From IMG/VR virus record IMGVR_UViG_3300022696_000071, positions 169,748-201,166 of that record: 31,419 nucleotides of DNA; one strand, written 5' to 3'. Below the pieces are notes generated by a model, which was not told where the DNA came from, ran no database searches, and was given only the letters and a program-made list of their open reading frames with translations. This document shows positions 9,230 through 17,581 of the stretch, one piece after another. The position numbers were made by a program, and so were the translations under genes. Source of the DNA: a virus. Within the stretch, counting starts at the first letter, position 1. Every line of letters starts with the position of its first letter.

Positions 9230-10276
9230 TTATGAATCATCGTCCATTTCAGGAACATATATATACCTATCAGATATATATGAATTTCTATAATCAGACA
9301 TTAAAATATCATTATATTCTAAATCAACATATGATTCTGTAGTTTCCCATAATCTCAATTTATATAATCCCTTTAACAATGCTTCTTTTTCTAATACCAA
9401 CCATATATAAAGAATAATATTTTCAGCAGTTGGATTAACATCTTTTAAAATTTGATTAACATAAGAATGATCAAATCTATCTACTATATATTTATTTACT
9501 TTATCTTTTAATTTTCCAAAATCTATAGTAAATCCATAATAATCTTTTGGTAATCTTAATGTAACTTCTAATTTATAATCATGACCATGAACATACATAC
9601 ATTTTCCATTATATCCATATAAATTATGCGACGAACAGAATCTAAATATTTTTGTTATATTCATATATGTATCTGGTATAATATGATCATTACATAATGG
9701 TATATAATCTGTAACTAAACCAATATCATCAGATTCATTATTATGTAGTTTACCAAATTCTTCTCTTCTATTTCCACAATAAAAACATATATGCTCTCGT
9801 TCATTTTGATTATGATAAAATTCTGCAATTGATGATAACTGACGAATTGATGTATAGCCGTTTATTTTTTTATTTGAATCTACATATTCAGATATAAATG
9901 TGAATAATTTTTCATCATTTTCTGGTAAATTTGAATCGATATTATAATCAGTTATTAAGTCTAATGATTTTCCCATTGTTTTGATATCAAATATATTGCC
10001 ATATAAATTATATATTTTTCTATTTGGCATTAATTTCATTATTCGCCATTTTATAAGATTTAATAAATCATCAGTACCTTTTATTCTAACATTATAAGAA
10101 TTATACATGTATTTATTAACTTCAAATTTTATTTCAGATATACCATATGACGTATTCTTAATAATAGTATCCAATTTATTTATTGTATCTTTTAAAATAT
10201 CAATACTAATTCTACCAAGTGATATACTTCTTATTAAATCGTTAAATGTATTAAACGTTTCTAATTTTTTTGACAT
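9230..10276 (-). CDS. queD: Two-domain protein: N-terminal unknown region (about 215 aa with CxxC and DHIIP) fused to a C-terminal QueD/6-carboxy-tetrahydropterin synthase (PTPS) domain
   Basis: C-terminal about 125 aa align by eye to E. coli QueD. Matches include FRFCSSHNL/FEAAHRL, KCMYVHGHDY/KCGRLHGHSF, IDFGKLK/IDFAELK, RFDHSYVNQI/RLDHHYLNDI and NPTAENIILYIW/NPTSEVLAKWIW. This covers the Cys-x4-HGH zinc/catalytic motif. Confidence 0.78.
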   Translation of the reverse strand: MSKKLETFNTFNDLIRSISLGRISIDILKDTINKLDTIIKNTSYGISEIKFEVNKYMYNSYNVRIKGTDDLLNLIKWRIMKLMPNRKIYNLYGNIFDIKTMGKSLDLITDYNIDSNLPENDEKLFTFISEYVDSNKKINGYTSIRQLSSIAEFYHNQNEREHICFYCGNRREEFGKLHNNESDDIGLVTDYIPLCNDHIIPDTYMNITKIFRFCSSHNLYGYNGKCMYVHGHDYKLEVTLRLPKDYYGFTIDFGKLKDKVNKYIVDRFDHSYVNQILKDVNPTAENIILYIWLVLEKEALLKGLYKLRLWETTESYVDLEYNDILMSDYRNSYISDRYIYVPEMDDDS

Positions 10277-10294
10277 TTTGAAGTTCTCCTATAA

Positions 10295-11671
10295 TCAAGT
10301 TATAATATCATTATATATTTTTACACATTCATTATTTATATTTTTTAATTTTGACTCATTATCTTTAACTTTATTTTCTAATTCATGTATATCTAATTCA
10401 ACAGTTAATAATTTCTTTATCTTATATTTATTTATTATATTTTCTATATCTTCTCTACTTTCATATATTTTATGAGATATATCATCGATATATTCATCTT
10501 TCCAGCCAGTTTCAGAAAGATGACTAATATATGGTCTTATTTTACCAACTATATTTAACTCTTTTATTTTTTTATTTAGTGATTCTATTTGTAAGTTATG
10601 ATATTTCTCTTTAGCAGCTTTAAAATGATTATATGCAGATAATAGAAAATCATCTACGCCTATACTTTTGACAGTATCATCTTCAACAACCATTATATTG
10701 TATGACCGTGTGAATGTAAGAGCATTATCTACAGCATCCACCATTTGATCAAACATTTTTTTCTTATTTCTTTTTCTGGTAACACTGATTCTGATACGAG
10801 GTGGCTTTTCAGTATATATATCTAAATCTTCATAATCATCTTCTTTTTCATCACCAGTTTCATCAACAAATGAGATATTACCATCACTTGCAAGATTATA
10901 TTTTTTATATCTATCTATTTTATTCCATATCTTCTCAAAAGATGTTCTATTATCAAACCCTTTAACCATCACATCAAAATTCTTATTATCATTATAATAC
11001 TCTCCCTTAAATTCTATTTTAGCTGAACCGTCTTTAAGAAGTTTCTTATATAATTTATCATCTGATATTGCTATGCATCCAGGGAGACTTGGTTTTATAA
11101 ATATATCCTCCTTCGATTCACCAATAAGAAATAATAATCTTTTTACTAAATCTTCTATTTTGTATGTTGGTAAATCTACTTTGAAACCAAAGGCTATCGT
11201 GTTTAAATCAAACTTTGATATGAGACATAATGGAATTGTTGTTGGAAGAGAAATCGGTTCCTCTTCACCATCGAGTTCACCATCTATCCAATCAACATAA
11301 TCAATATATTCAAATGCTATTTTTTCAATAAATGGATTCGATTTAACACTTGTATATCTTGGAGCAGCAGCATTTGTCTTCTCAATTCCCATAGAAAGTC
11401 CCCACTGCCCCGATCCATGAACCAACCCGTTGGACACTAATGTTTGTATTGGAACTTCTGCCAGAGCATATGGGTGGAGTCTGGCAGAAGTATTACCAAG
11501 TATTTTAACCGTTTTTTCAAACTTATTTTTAGCTGATCTATGAACCGTCAATAATAATCTTCTGTGAATTGGGATTAATCCATCGAGAATAGATGGTATC
11601 ATTTTTGAAGTATTCACATATTTTGCATAGCTATAGTATAACGATTTTATAATAGTATCCAATATGTACAC
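10295..11671 (-). CDS. Type II DNA topoisomerase medium subunit (GyrA-like cleavage/religation subunit, T4 gp52-like)
   Basis: GyrA N-terminal motif IPSILDGLIPIHRRLL and active-site region AAAPRYTSVKS (catalytic Tyr). 458 aa, similar in size to T4 gp52. Confidence 0.88.
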   Translation of the reverse strand: MYILDTIIKSLYYSYAKYVNTSKMIPSILDGLIPIHRRLLLTVHRSAKNKFEKTVKILGNTSARLHPYALAEVPIQTLVSNGLVHGSGQWGLSMGIEKTNAAAPRYTSVKSNPFIEKIAFEYIDYVDWIDGELDGEEEPISLPTTIPLCLISKFDLNTIAFGFKVDLPTYKIEDLVKRLLFLIGESKEDIFIKPSLPGCIAISDDKLYKKLLKDGSAKIEFKGEYYNDNKNFDVMVKGFDNRTSFEKIWNKIDRYKKYNLASDGNISFVDETGDEKEDDYEDLDIYTEKPPRIRISVTRKRNKKKMFDQMVDAVDNALTFTRSYNIMVVEDDTVKSIGVDDFLLSAYNHFKAAKEKYHNLQIESLNKKIKELNIVGKIRPYISHLSETGWKDEYIDDISHKIYESREDIENIINKYKIKKLLTVELDIHELENKVKDNESKLKNINNECVKIYNDIIT

Positions 11672-11674
11672 CTC

Positions 11675-12049
11675 CTAAATCTTCCCTGCTTTGACGAGAT
11701 CAATTACTTTTAAGCAAGTTTCTTTCCCAAATTTGGATATATGGCAATCTTTATAGGGTATATCGAGCAATTTAGACAAGTTTAAATATACTCGCGTTCT
11801 TGACATAATACCATTTTTCCAAATAAGATCTAAGTAGTTATGAGTTTCTACTCTTAATTTTTTTAATTCTGTATCGTTTATTGGTTTTCCTCTTGGTTCT
11901 CCGTATCTATCAGCACTTATACTTGATTTACATTTTGGATACTTTAAACATCCATAATACCAACCAAATCTACCATGTTTTAAAACCATATCGGATGAAC
12001 AGTGAGGACAAGTTATAATCTTCACTTCTCTTATAGTAGCTGTTTCCAT
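11675..12049 (-). CDS. Topoisomerase-type C4 zinc-ribbon protein (124 aa)
   Basis: CPHCSSDMVLKHGRFGWYYGCLKYPKC matches the zf-C4 topoisomerase ribbon pattern (CxxC ... GxFGx[YF]xGC..YPxC). Stop lies 3 nt from the gp52-like start. Confidence 0.7.
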   Translation of the reverse strand: METATIREVKIITCPHCSSDMVLKHGRFGWYYGCLKYPKCKSSISADRYGEPRGKPINDTELKKLRVETHNYLDLIWKNGIMSRTRVYLNLSKLLDIPYKDCHISKFGKETCLKVIDLVKAGKI

Positions 12050-12095
12050 ATTAATTACCTTTTACTCACATAAATAATATATTTCCTTTCTTATA

Positions 12096-12674
12096 TTATA
12101 ATATTAAGCCTTTACTATTAATTATTGAATATATCCCATGCGCATTCATATTAGTTCTATTAACATTAGGATAAAACGAAGAATATAATGGTTCACCATG
12201 TTCAACTTTAAAAACTATAATAAATGCATCATTTTCATATATAAAACCAAGTTCACGATGATCATCGAATACAAAGTTATCATTTTTTGTTTCTTTTCTA
12301 ATATGTTTAGAAAATTCTGCATAATTTCCAGGTACACCACAAAGTAGTACAAATGTATATGGGTCATTAAGGATTATAAAATCTAATAAATATAACGAAT
12401 CTTTAAAGTGTCGGATAAATATAGATGGATCTGCCATCACACCTCTACAATAAATAAAATCACCACATGATTTTTCATTTATTAATTCGTATAGTTTTTT
12501 AGTTACATATACAAGTTGTTCAATTATTAATTCATTTCTGCTATTTGGAAAATCTTTACTGTATGGATCGATACATTTTCCAAATTTTTCTACATATTTT
12601 CTCGATGCTTTGTTTATGATGTTGTGCAACTCAGATAACAAATAATTCGATATTAATACTTCCATTAAATCCAA
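12096..12674 (-). CDS. hypothetical protein, paralog family member (192 aa)
   Basis: Tandem paralog of 12686..13258 (CRGVMADPSIFIRHF/CKGVMISPDVFISKV; YTFVLLCGVPGNYAEF/YTVILLCGISTTYTIF; C-terminal INSKGLIL/INSRGIII). Confidence 0.6.
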   Translation of the reverse strand: MDLMEVLISNYLLSELHNIINKASRKYVEKFGKCIDPYSKDFPNSRNELIIEQLVYVTKKLYELINEKSCGDFIYCRGVMADPSIFIRHFKDSLYLLDFIILNDPYTFVLLCGVPGNYAEFSKHIRKETKNDNFVFDDHRELGFIYENDAFIIVFKVEHGEPLYSSFYPNVNRTNMNAHGIYSIINSKGLIL

Positions 12675-12685
12675 TTTATCTTCAT

Positions 12686-13258
12686 TTATATAATTATACC
12701 TCTACTATTAATATTCTTATATATCCAATTTATATTTATACGAGAAACATCCATTTTTAAATCAAATATTAATTTAATATAATCAGAATGGTGAAAATCA
12801 TAATCGATATTAAATAATTCATGTTTATATCTATTTCCGCCATGTATAACATTTGAATATAATGATTTACGATTTATATAGTTTTGATAAAATATAGTAT
12901 AAGTTGTAGATATTCCGCATAATAATATAACAGTATATATATCATTAGCTTTTATATGATCAAACACACATTTTTCATCTACTTTTGATATAAACACATC
13001 TGGTGATATCATTACACCTTTACAAAATTCAAAACAATTTTTAGAATTTTTATATATTAAATAATATAATTTATTTGTTAAATTTAATATTGTATCAAGC
13101 AATAATTTATTATTATATTCTTTATATTTATGGTATTCTCTTCTATAAGGATTAGCATTTAATTTACTATAATATTCATCGTATGTTAATTTTATCAATT
13201 CCATTAATTCAGATAACATATATTTTCTCAATAAAATTTCTGCTCTATCTTTATCCAT
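12686..13258 (-). CDS. hypothetical protein, paralog family member (190 aa)
   Basis: See the previous feature; an intact ORF. Confidence 0.6.
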   Translation of the reverse strand: MDKDRAEILLRKYMLSELMELIKLTYDEYYSKLNANPYRREYHKYKEYNNKLLLDTILNLTNKLYYLIYKNSKNCFEFCKGVMISPDVFISKVDEKCVFDHIKANDIYTVILLCGISTTYTIFYQNYINRKSLYSNVIHGGNRYKHELFNIDYDFHHSDYIKLIFDLKMDVSRININWIYKNINSRGIII

Positions 13259-13278
13259 ATAATCATTTACTTATATAT

Positions 13279-15120
13279 TTAATCTTCTTCTATTTTCCAT
13301 TCTCCCATAGCTAATTTCCGTTTCTCAGAACTTAATGTTAATAAATCGGTTATTTTATCAATATTACTGGTCCATGTTACTTTTCTTATTTTTCTCGTAT
13401 TCTTATCCAGTATAAGTCGTTTCAAATCTTTTGGTAAGAATTCTCCTAATCCTTTAAATCTATATATCTTTTCTCCTTTATTTGATGCTTCTTTTCTTTC
13501 ATTTGTTGTCCAAATTGGAACCAATTTTTTATTTCTACGAACACCATATAATGGAATAATACAAATATAAAGATTTCCATTTTTGATAATATCTGGAGTC
13601 AATTTTGCAAAAAGAGCAATAAGAAGAACTGTAATGAATCGACCAGCAGGATCAGCGTCTGCTGCTAATAATATTTTATCATATCGTAATTTTTTAATAT
13701 TACAATTATCAAGTATTCCAGTTCCAACAGCATTCACTATATCTTTTATTTCTTTATTTTTTATTAATTCATCTGTTTTCTTCATCATTGCATTTGGTAT
13801 TACACCACGAAGAGGGAGTATGGCATGATGTTTTTTATCTCTTACTTGAATAAGACCACCTATTGCAGAATCACCCTCCCCGATTATCAATTCAGAATTC
13901 TTTCTACTTTTACAATCTGATAATTTAGTGAATTTAGTTGATCCACGTTTTGTACCAGTTCCATTTCCCTTCTCAATTTTCAATGCTCTATTTTGAATTG
14001 ATTTTCTTCTCAATTCGAATCGTTCTATTAATTTATCTCTTATTTCTTTATTCTTAGAAAAATAATTAAATAATTCTCTATTAAGTATTTTATCCAAAAC
14101 TGATAAATCACTTTTGGACTCAAGTTTAACTTTAACTTGAGCTTCAAAAGATGTTTTTATTAATTTAAGATCCATGAATATACGAAGATTTGCAAGACAA
14201 TCTTCTGGAATATATTCTGCTTTATGTTTCTTTCCAATTCGCTCAAATACAGATTTTAATTCATTTGTTAACTTAGTTATATGAACGCCACTATGTACTC
14301 GTACTAAATTAACACATGTGAATGATTTTGTAGCAATTGGTGGATGATCATCCCATCCAATTTTAAGAAAACATTCTTCTGGTCCCTTTTTTACAGTAAA
14401 TTCAAACCATTCAATATTATCTATATGTTTTGTTAGATAATATTTTATAAGATCATTTCTATCTGTATTTATAACAACATCATTTCCATCTACTCGATAT
14501 ACAATTCTAAGTTTTGGATAATTTGAACATGCAATTCTTAATTTTTCTTCAATTACATCTAAATCTACACCAGTATCATTGAAATATTTAGAAGATGGTT
14601 TTACAGTTACTTTAGTTGAATATGGTGGATTACCATTATATGTTTCAAACTTTCGTGAATAGTCAGATGTATTCTTAAATGAATATGTTCCACGTTTTCC
14701 ATCTCTATAAATATCTATTTCAAAATATTCAGATACTGCGTTAACTGCTGTATTTCCAATTCCATGTAATCCACTCGCTATCTTATAAGCAGAATCTTTT
14801 TTGTCTTTATTAAATTTACCAGATGAAAAAAGTTTAAGAGAAGTAGAAATGGGTGGATCTTCTTCTTCTGGAAGATCAGGATCAAATGGCATACCTCTAC
14901 CATTATCTAATACTCTAAATTCTTTATTTTCAGTATCAATAAATACACCAATTATATCACTGTAGCCAGCTTGAACTTCATCAAGAGCATTATCGATTAA
15001 TTCTTCTGCTAATCTCGTAGCAGTTTCAGTACTTCCTAAATACATACCCGTATTATGACGAATATGATTGATTTCATCCATTACAACTATATCTTCAGTT
15101 CCATAAATATCCATAAGCAT
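13279..15120 (-). CDS. Type II DNA topoisomerase large subunit (GyrB-like ATPase + TOPRIM; T4 gp39 fused with gp60 equivalent)
   Basis: GHKL ATPase N-box EELIDNALDE, TOPRIM IIGEGDSAIGG and DADPAG. 613 aa is about T4 gp39 (516) plus gp60 (160), as in T2-type fused genes. Continuous frame with no bypass gap. Confidence 0.9.
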   Translation of the reverse strand: MLMDIYGTEDIVVMDEINHIRHNTGMYLGSTETATRLAEELIDNALDEVQAGYSDIIGVFIDTENKEFRVLDNGRGMPFDPDLPEEEDPPISTSLKLFSSGKFNKDKKDSAYKIASGLHGIGNTAVNAVSEYFEIDIYRDGKRGTYSFKNTSDYSRKFETYNGNPPYSTKVTVKPSSKYFNDTGVDLDVIEEKLRIACSNYPKLRIVYRVDGNDVVINTDRNDLIKYYLTKHIDNIEWFEFTVKKGPEECFLKIGWDDHPPIATKSFTCVNLVRVHSGVHITKLTNELKSVFERIGKKHKAEYIPEDCLANLRIFMDLKLIKTSFEAQVKVKLESKSDLSVLDKILNRELFNYFSKNKEIRDKLIERFELRRKSIQNRALKIEKGNGTGTKRGSTKFTKLSDCKSRKNSELIIGEGDSAIGGLIQVRDKKHHAILPLRGVIPNAMMKKTDELIKNKEIKDIVNAVGTGILDNCNIKKLRYDKILLAADADPAGRFITVLLIALFAKLTPDIIKNGNLYICIIPLYGVRRNKKLVPIWTTNERKEASNKGEKIYRFKGLGEFLPKDLKRLILDKNTRKIRKVTWTSNIDKITDLLTLSSEKRKLAMGEWKIEED

Positions 15121-15140
15121 ATACCTTATTACGAATTAAT

Positions 15141-15173
15141 AGAGTGGTGAGTTAAACATCAACGCACCACTCT
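15141..15173 (-). promoter_or_regulatory. 9-bp inverted repeat AGAGTGGTG/CACCACTCT hairpin between the Whirly-like gene and the topoisomerase large-subunit gene
   Basis: Read directly. No clean U-run follows, so it is more likely an attenuator or processing site than a strong terminator. Confidence 0.3.
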
Positions 15174-15204
15174 ATATTATATATTATGAGTATAGTGGAT
15201 TATA

Positions 15205-15915
15205 TTACCACTGAAAATCTTGATTATCTATATTATCAACATTTTCTTGTGGTGGTGTTTGTTGTCCTCCACCACCACTATTTTGTTGTGGTTGATTCTG
15301 TTGTCCACCACCTCCACTATAGTTCTGATCATATCCACCATATCCACCACCACTCTGCTGTCCACCTTGACCTCCCTGTTGATTCTGTTGATTTTCTTTA
15401 TACTTCTTTGCTCTATCAACAGCTTCAAAGCAGTCATGAATAAATGGAAGCATTCGTGCGCCGTTTTCAATATATGATTTAAACAGCAACAATTCTTGCC
15501 CTCTCAGCAAGAATGATATGTTTTGTCCTTCACTCTGTGGAGGCAATGTGGTAAGAAGCATACATCCGTTAAGATTGCCTTGAGGGTCTTTTCCAGGAGC
15601 GAGAAATAGTCTGGATGGTTGATTTTGTCTGAAATGCGTTACTTTGAATACATTTTTCAGATCTTGTGGTGCTTTTGGATCTGGATCTTCATATGTTCCC
15701 TGTAATATTCGATCAAAACTTCTTGTTATTCCTACACATTCTCCGGGTGATAGAGAAAAGAAATTTTTGTTGTTCCAATCAAATACTTTTGCTCCTGCTT
15801 GTGGCCTTCCTTGTGCTTGCGGATTCAACGCTCTTGCCATTTCAATTTGAATGTTTCCCTTAACAAGCGTTACTCCAACTTTTAACGACGACATTTTTGG
15901 GTTGTAAAATTGCAT
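15205..15915 (-). CDS. Whirly-like ssDNA-binding protein with SSB-like Gly/Gln-rich tail and acidic-aromatic C-terminus (tentative)
   Basis: AKVFDWNNKNFFSLSPGECVGI resembles the Whirly signature (YDWSRKQVFSLSVTEIG). The downstream region is also similar (YEDPDP vs FFHDP; LLRGQELLLFKSYIE vs ITRAEFAVLISAFN). C-terminal 55 aa are GGQ/GGY repeats ending ...NIDNQDFQW, like bacterial SSB IDL plus acidic tip. RBS GGAGAGAG. Confidence 0.6.
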   Translation of the reverse strand: MQFYNPKMSSLKVGVTLVKGNIQIEMARALNPQAQGRPQAGAKVFDWNNKNFFSLSPGECVGITRSFDRILQGTYEDPDPKAPQDLKNVFKVTHFRQNQPSRLFLAPGKDPQGNLNGCMLLTTLPPQSEGQNISFLLRGQELLLFKSYIENGARMLPFIHDCFEAVDRAKKYKENQQNQQGGQGGQQSGGGYGGYDQNYSGGGGQQNQPQQNSGGGGQQTPPQENVDNIDNQDFQW

Positions 15916-15946
15916 ACGTCTCTCTCCATATATTTTTTAAACTTTT

Positions 15947-16507
15947 TTAGTAGTGATTTTTCTTAACTAATTTCCATCGAAATAAATTCTTCACATTGTG
16001 TAATTCTAATACATGATTCGATGATAGAATAGTCAACATTGGATACTGTCGTATCATTTGTAAATCTATTACTTGAACAACTTCAGGCATATTGAAATCT
16101 TCAACTCTTACAGTGAATGGTGTTATTTTTCTTATCCATAAATCTGATAATTGATCACTATTATTTGAATCATCAAGTTGAAAAGGAGGGCAATCTATGA
16201 ATATAAGTAAGTTTTCAGGTTCATTATATTTAAATATAAAAAACTTTGTCATGAATACTGTATATCCATTATTCACATTTTTGAATTTTATACATTTATC
16301 GCAATCATAGAGTTTTGAAAGAAGATTATGTTTTTTGCACGGATTACCTGGAGCACATTGTGTGCATTCTTTATCTCGCCAATCTTCTTCTCTTCTATTT
16401 TCAAATTCGCCCATGTATGTAGCCACAAGCTTCTCATTTAATAGTAATTTTGCAAATGCATTATCAAAAATAACTTTTTCCGATACAAAATCATTTAATA
16501 TTGCCAT
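15947..16507 (-). CDS. hypothetical Cys-rich protein (186 aa; CTQCAPGNPCKKH ... CDKC)
   Basis: Intact ORF with RBS TGAGGAAAA. Putative zinc-binding cluster. Confidence 0.55.
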   Translation of the reverse strand: MAILNDFVSEKVIFDNAFAKLLLNEKLVATYMGEFENRREEDWRDKECTQCAPGNPCKKHNLLSKLYDCDKCIKFKNVNNGYTVFMTKFFIFKYNEPENLLIFIDCPPFQLDDSNNSDQLSDLWIRKITPFTVRVEDFNMPEVVQVIDLQMIRQYPMLTILSSNHVLELHNVKNLFRWKLVKKNHY

Positions 16508-16636
16508 ATAATTTTCCTCAAATAATATTTACTACATTTTTACTATAATAAAATTATCATGTGATTTTTTTTATATTTCATCTATAGATTCTTTGTTTTA
16601 CAATATAAATGATGATGTTTCAATTAATCATCATTA

Positions 16637-16789
16637 TCAATCTTCTTTTAAATTTTCATCTTTTATTTCGCGTTCAAAGATATCAGATAGACCAATAAGT
16701 CCAAATATTGTTTCTGATGCCTCCTTTCTAAAAGTTTTAGATAAACATAATATTGAACCAGTAATTAATAATGGTAATACTAAACCCAT
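16637..16789 (-). CDS. small hydrophobic (single-TM) protein, 50 aa (MGLVLPLLITGSILCLSKTFRKEASETIFGLIGLSDIFEREIKDENLKED)
   Basis: Not in the ORF track (under 60 aa). Hand-translated on the minus strand. SD GGGAGA sits 5 nt upstream of the ATG. The hydrophobic N-terminal half plus acidic tail is typical of a small membrane peptide. Confidence 0.4.
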   Translation of the reverse strand: MGLVLPLLITGSILCLSKTFRKEASETIFGLIGLSDIFEREIKDENLKED

Positions 16790-16874
16790 GATAATCTCCC
16801 AATTTATGTATTTGTCCTATTCGTATTACTTTTCAAATAAAAAATAAAATTTTAAAAAATATTAATAACTGAAA

Positions 16875-16925
16875 GTGATATGATTCTGCTTATTCTATAA
16901 TATATAAATCGCAGAATCATATCAC
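16875..16925 (-). terminator. rho-independent terminator closing the tRNA/ncRNA transcription unit (perfect 15-bp stem GTGATATGATTCTGC/GCAGAATCATATCAC, U-rich tail on minus transcript)
   Basis: Perfect inverted repeat read directly. The minus-strand transcript continues with UUUCAGUUAUUAAUAUUUUUUAAAAUUUUAUUUUUU. Confidence 0.65.
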
Positions 16926-17391
16926 CGTTCCAGCTTACTACTATGCGAAGTCCTTGTCGGGATTTTCCGTCGCATGTTGATCTAAATCTTAATTTAGATC
17001 AACTTAATTATATCTAATCTTATAAATTAGATATAATCAGTACACTAAATACTTACTCTATAGTACTAACTAATAATATAATTTTTTATTAATATGCCAC
17101 CCCAATCCACCCACACCGAATACAATGGACTTATTGATGTGCCAAGTCGGTGAGGTTCCGAGTATTTCACGACACGCTTTATAATACGTAGATATGTATG
17201 AAATCAGATCTATAACTTAGATCCTATATCTATTATTATAAGCGTGTAACACAATAAATCTTGTTACTTCCTCCTACTCTGTACTCTTCCCACCCATCTC
17301 TCCCTAATGAAATTATCTATCATGATCTCTTATTCTTATCATCATGTTACCTCCTTTCTGATTGGTTTTCTGGTTAACTGCATGTTTTTGA

Positions 17392-17481
17392 TGGCGGAAG
17401 AGAGAGGATTCGAACCTCCGGACGCTTTTAAACGTCGATGGTTTTCAAGACCATTGCTTTAAACCACTCAGCCACTCTTCC
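17392..17481 (-). tRNA. tRNA-Ser (anticodon TGA), type II long variable arm, CCA encoded
   Basis: Hand-folded from the reverse complement: acceptor GGAAGAG/CTCTTCC, anticodon stem ATGGT/ACCAT with loop CTTGAAA, long variable arm, T-arm GGAGG-TTCGAAT-CCTCT, discriminator G, then CCA. Confidence 0.85.
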
Positions 17482-17581
17482 ATATGAATTATATATTATA
17501 AAGTAATCGATCTAATTCATAACTCTTCTCCAATTACTTTCTAAATAAAAAATATATTTAATAAAATCAAATAATTAAGAG

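Noticed and set aside
15186-15477. His-rich plus-strand ORFs (HHHYF ... HHIHHH) and minus ORF 15228..15470 opposite the Whirly-like gene
   Set aside because: Artefacts of the GGQ/GGY repeat-encoding DNA read in other frames or on the other strand. They are nested inside the 236-aa gene.
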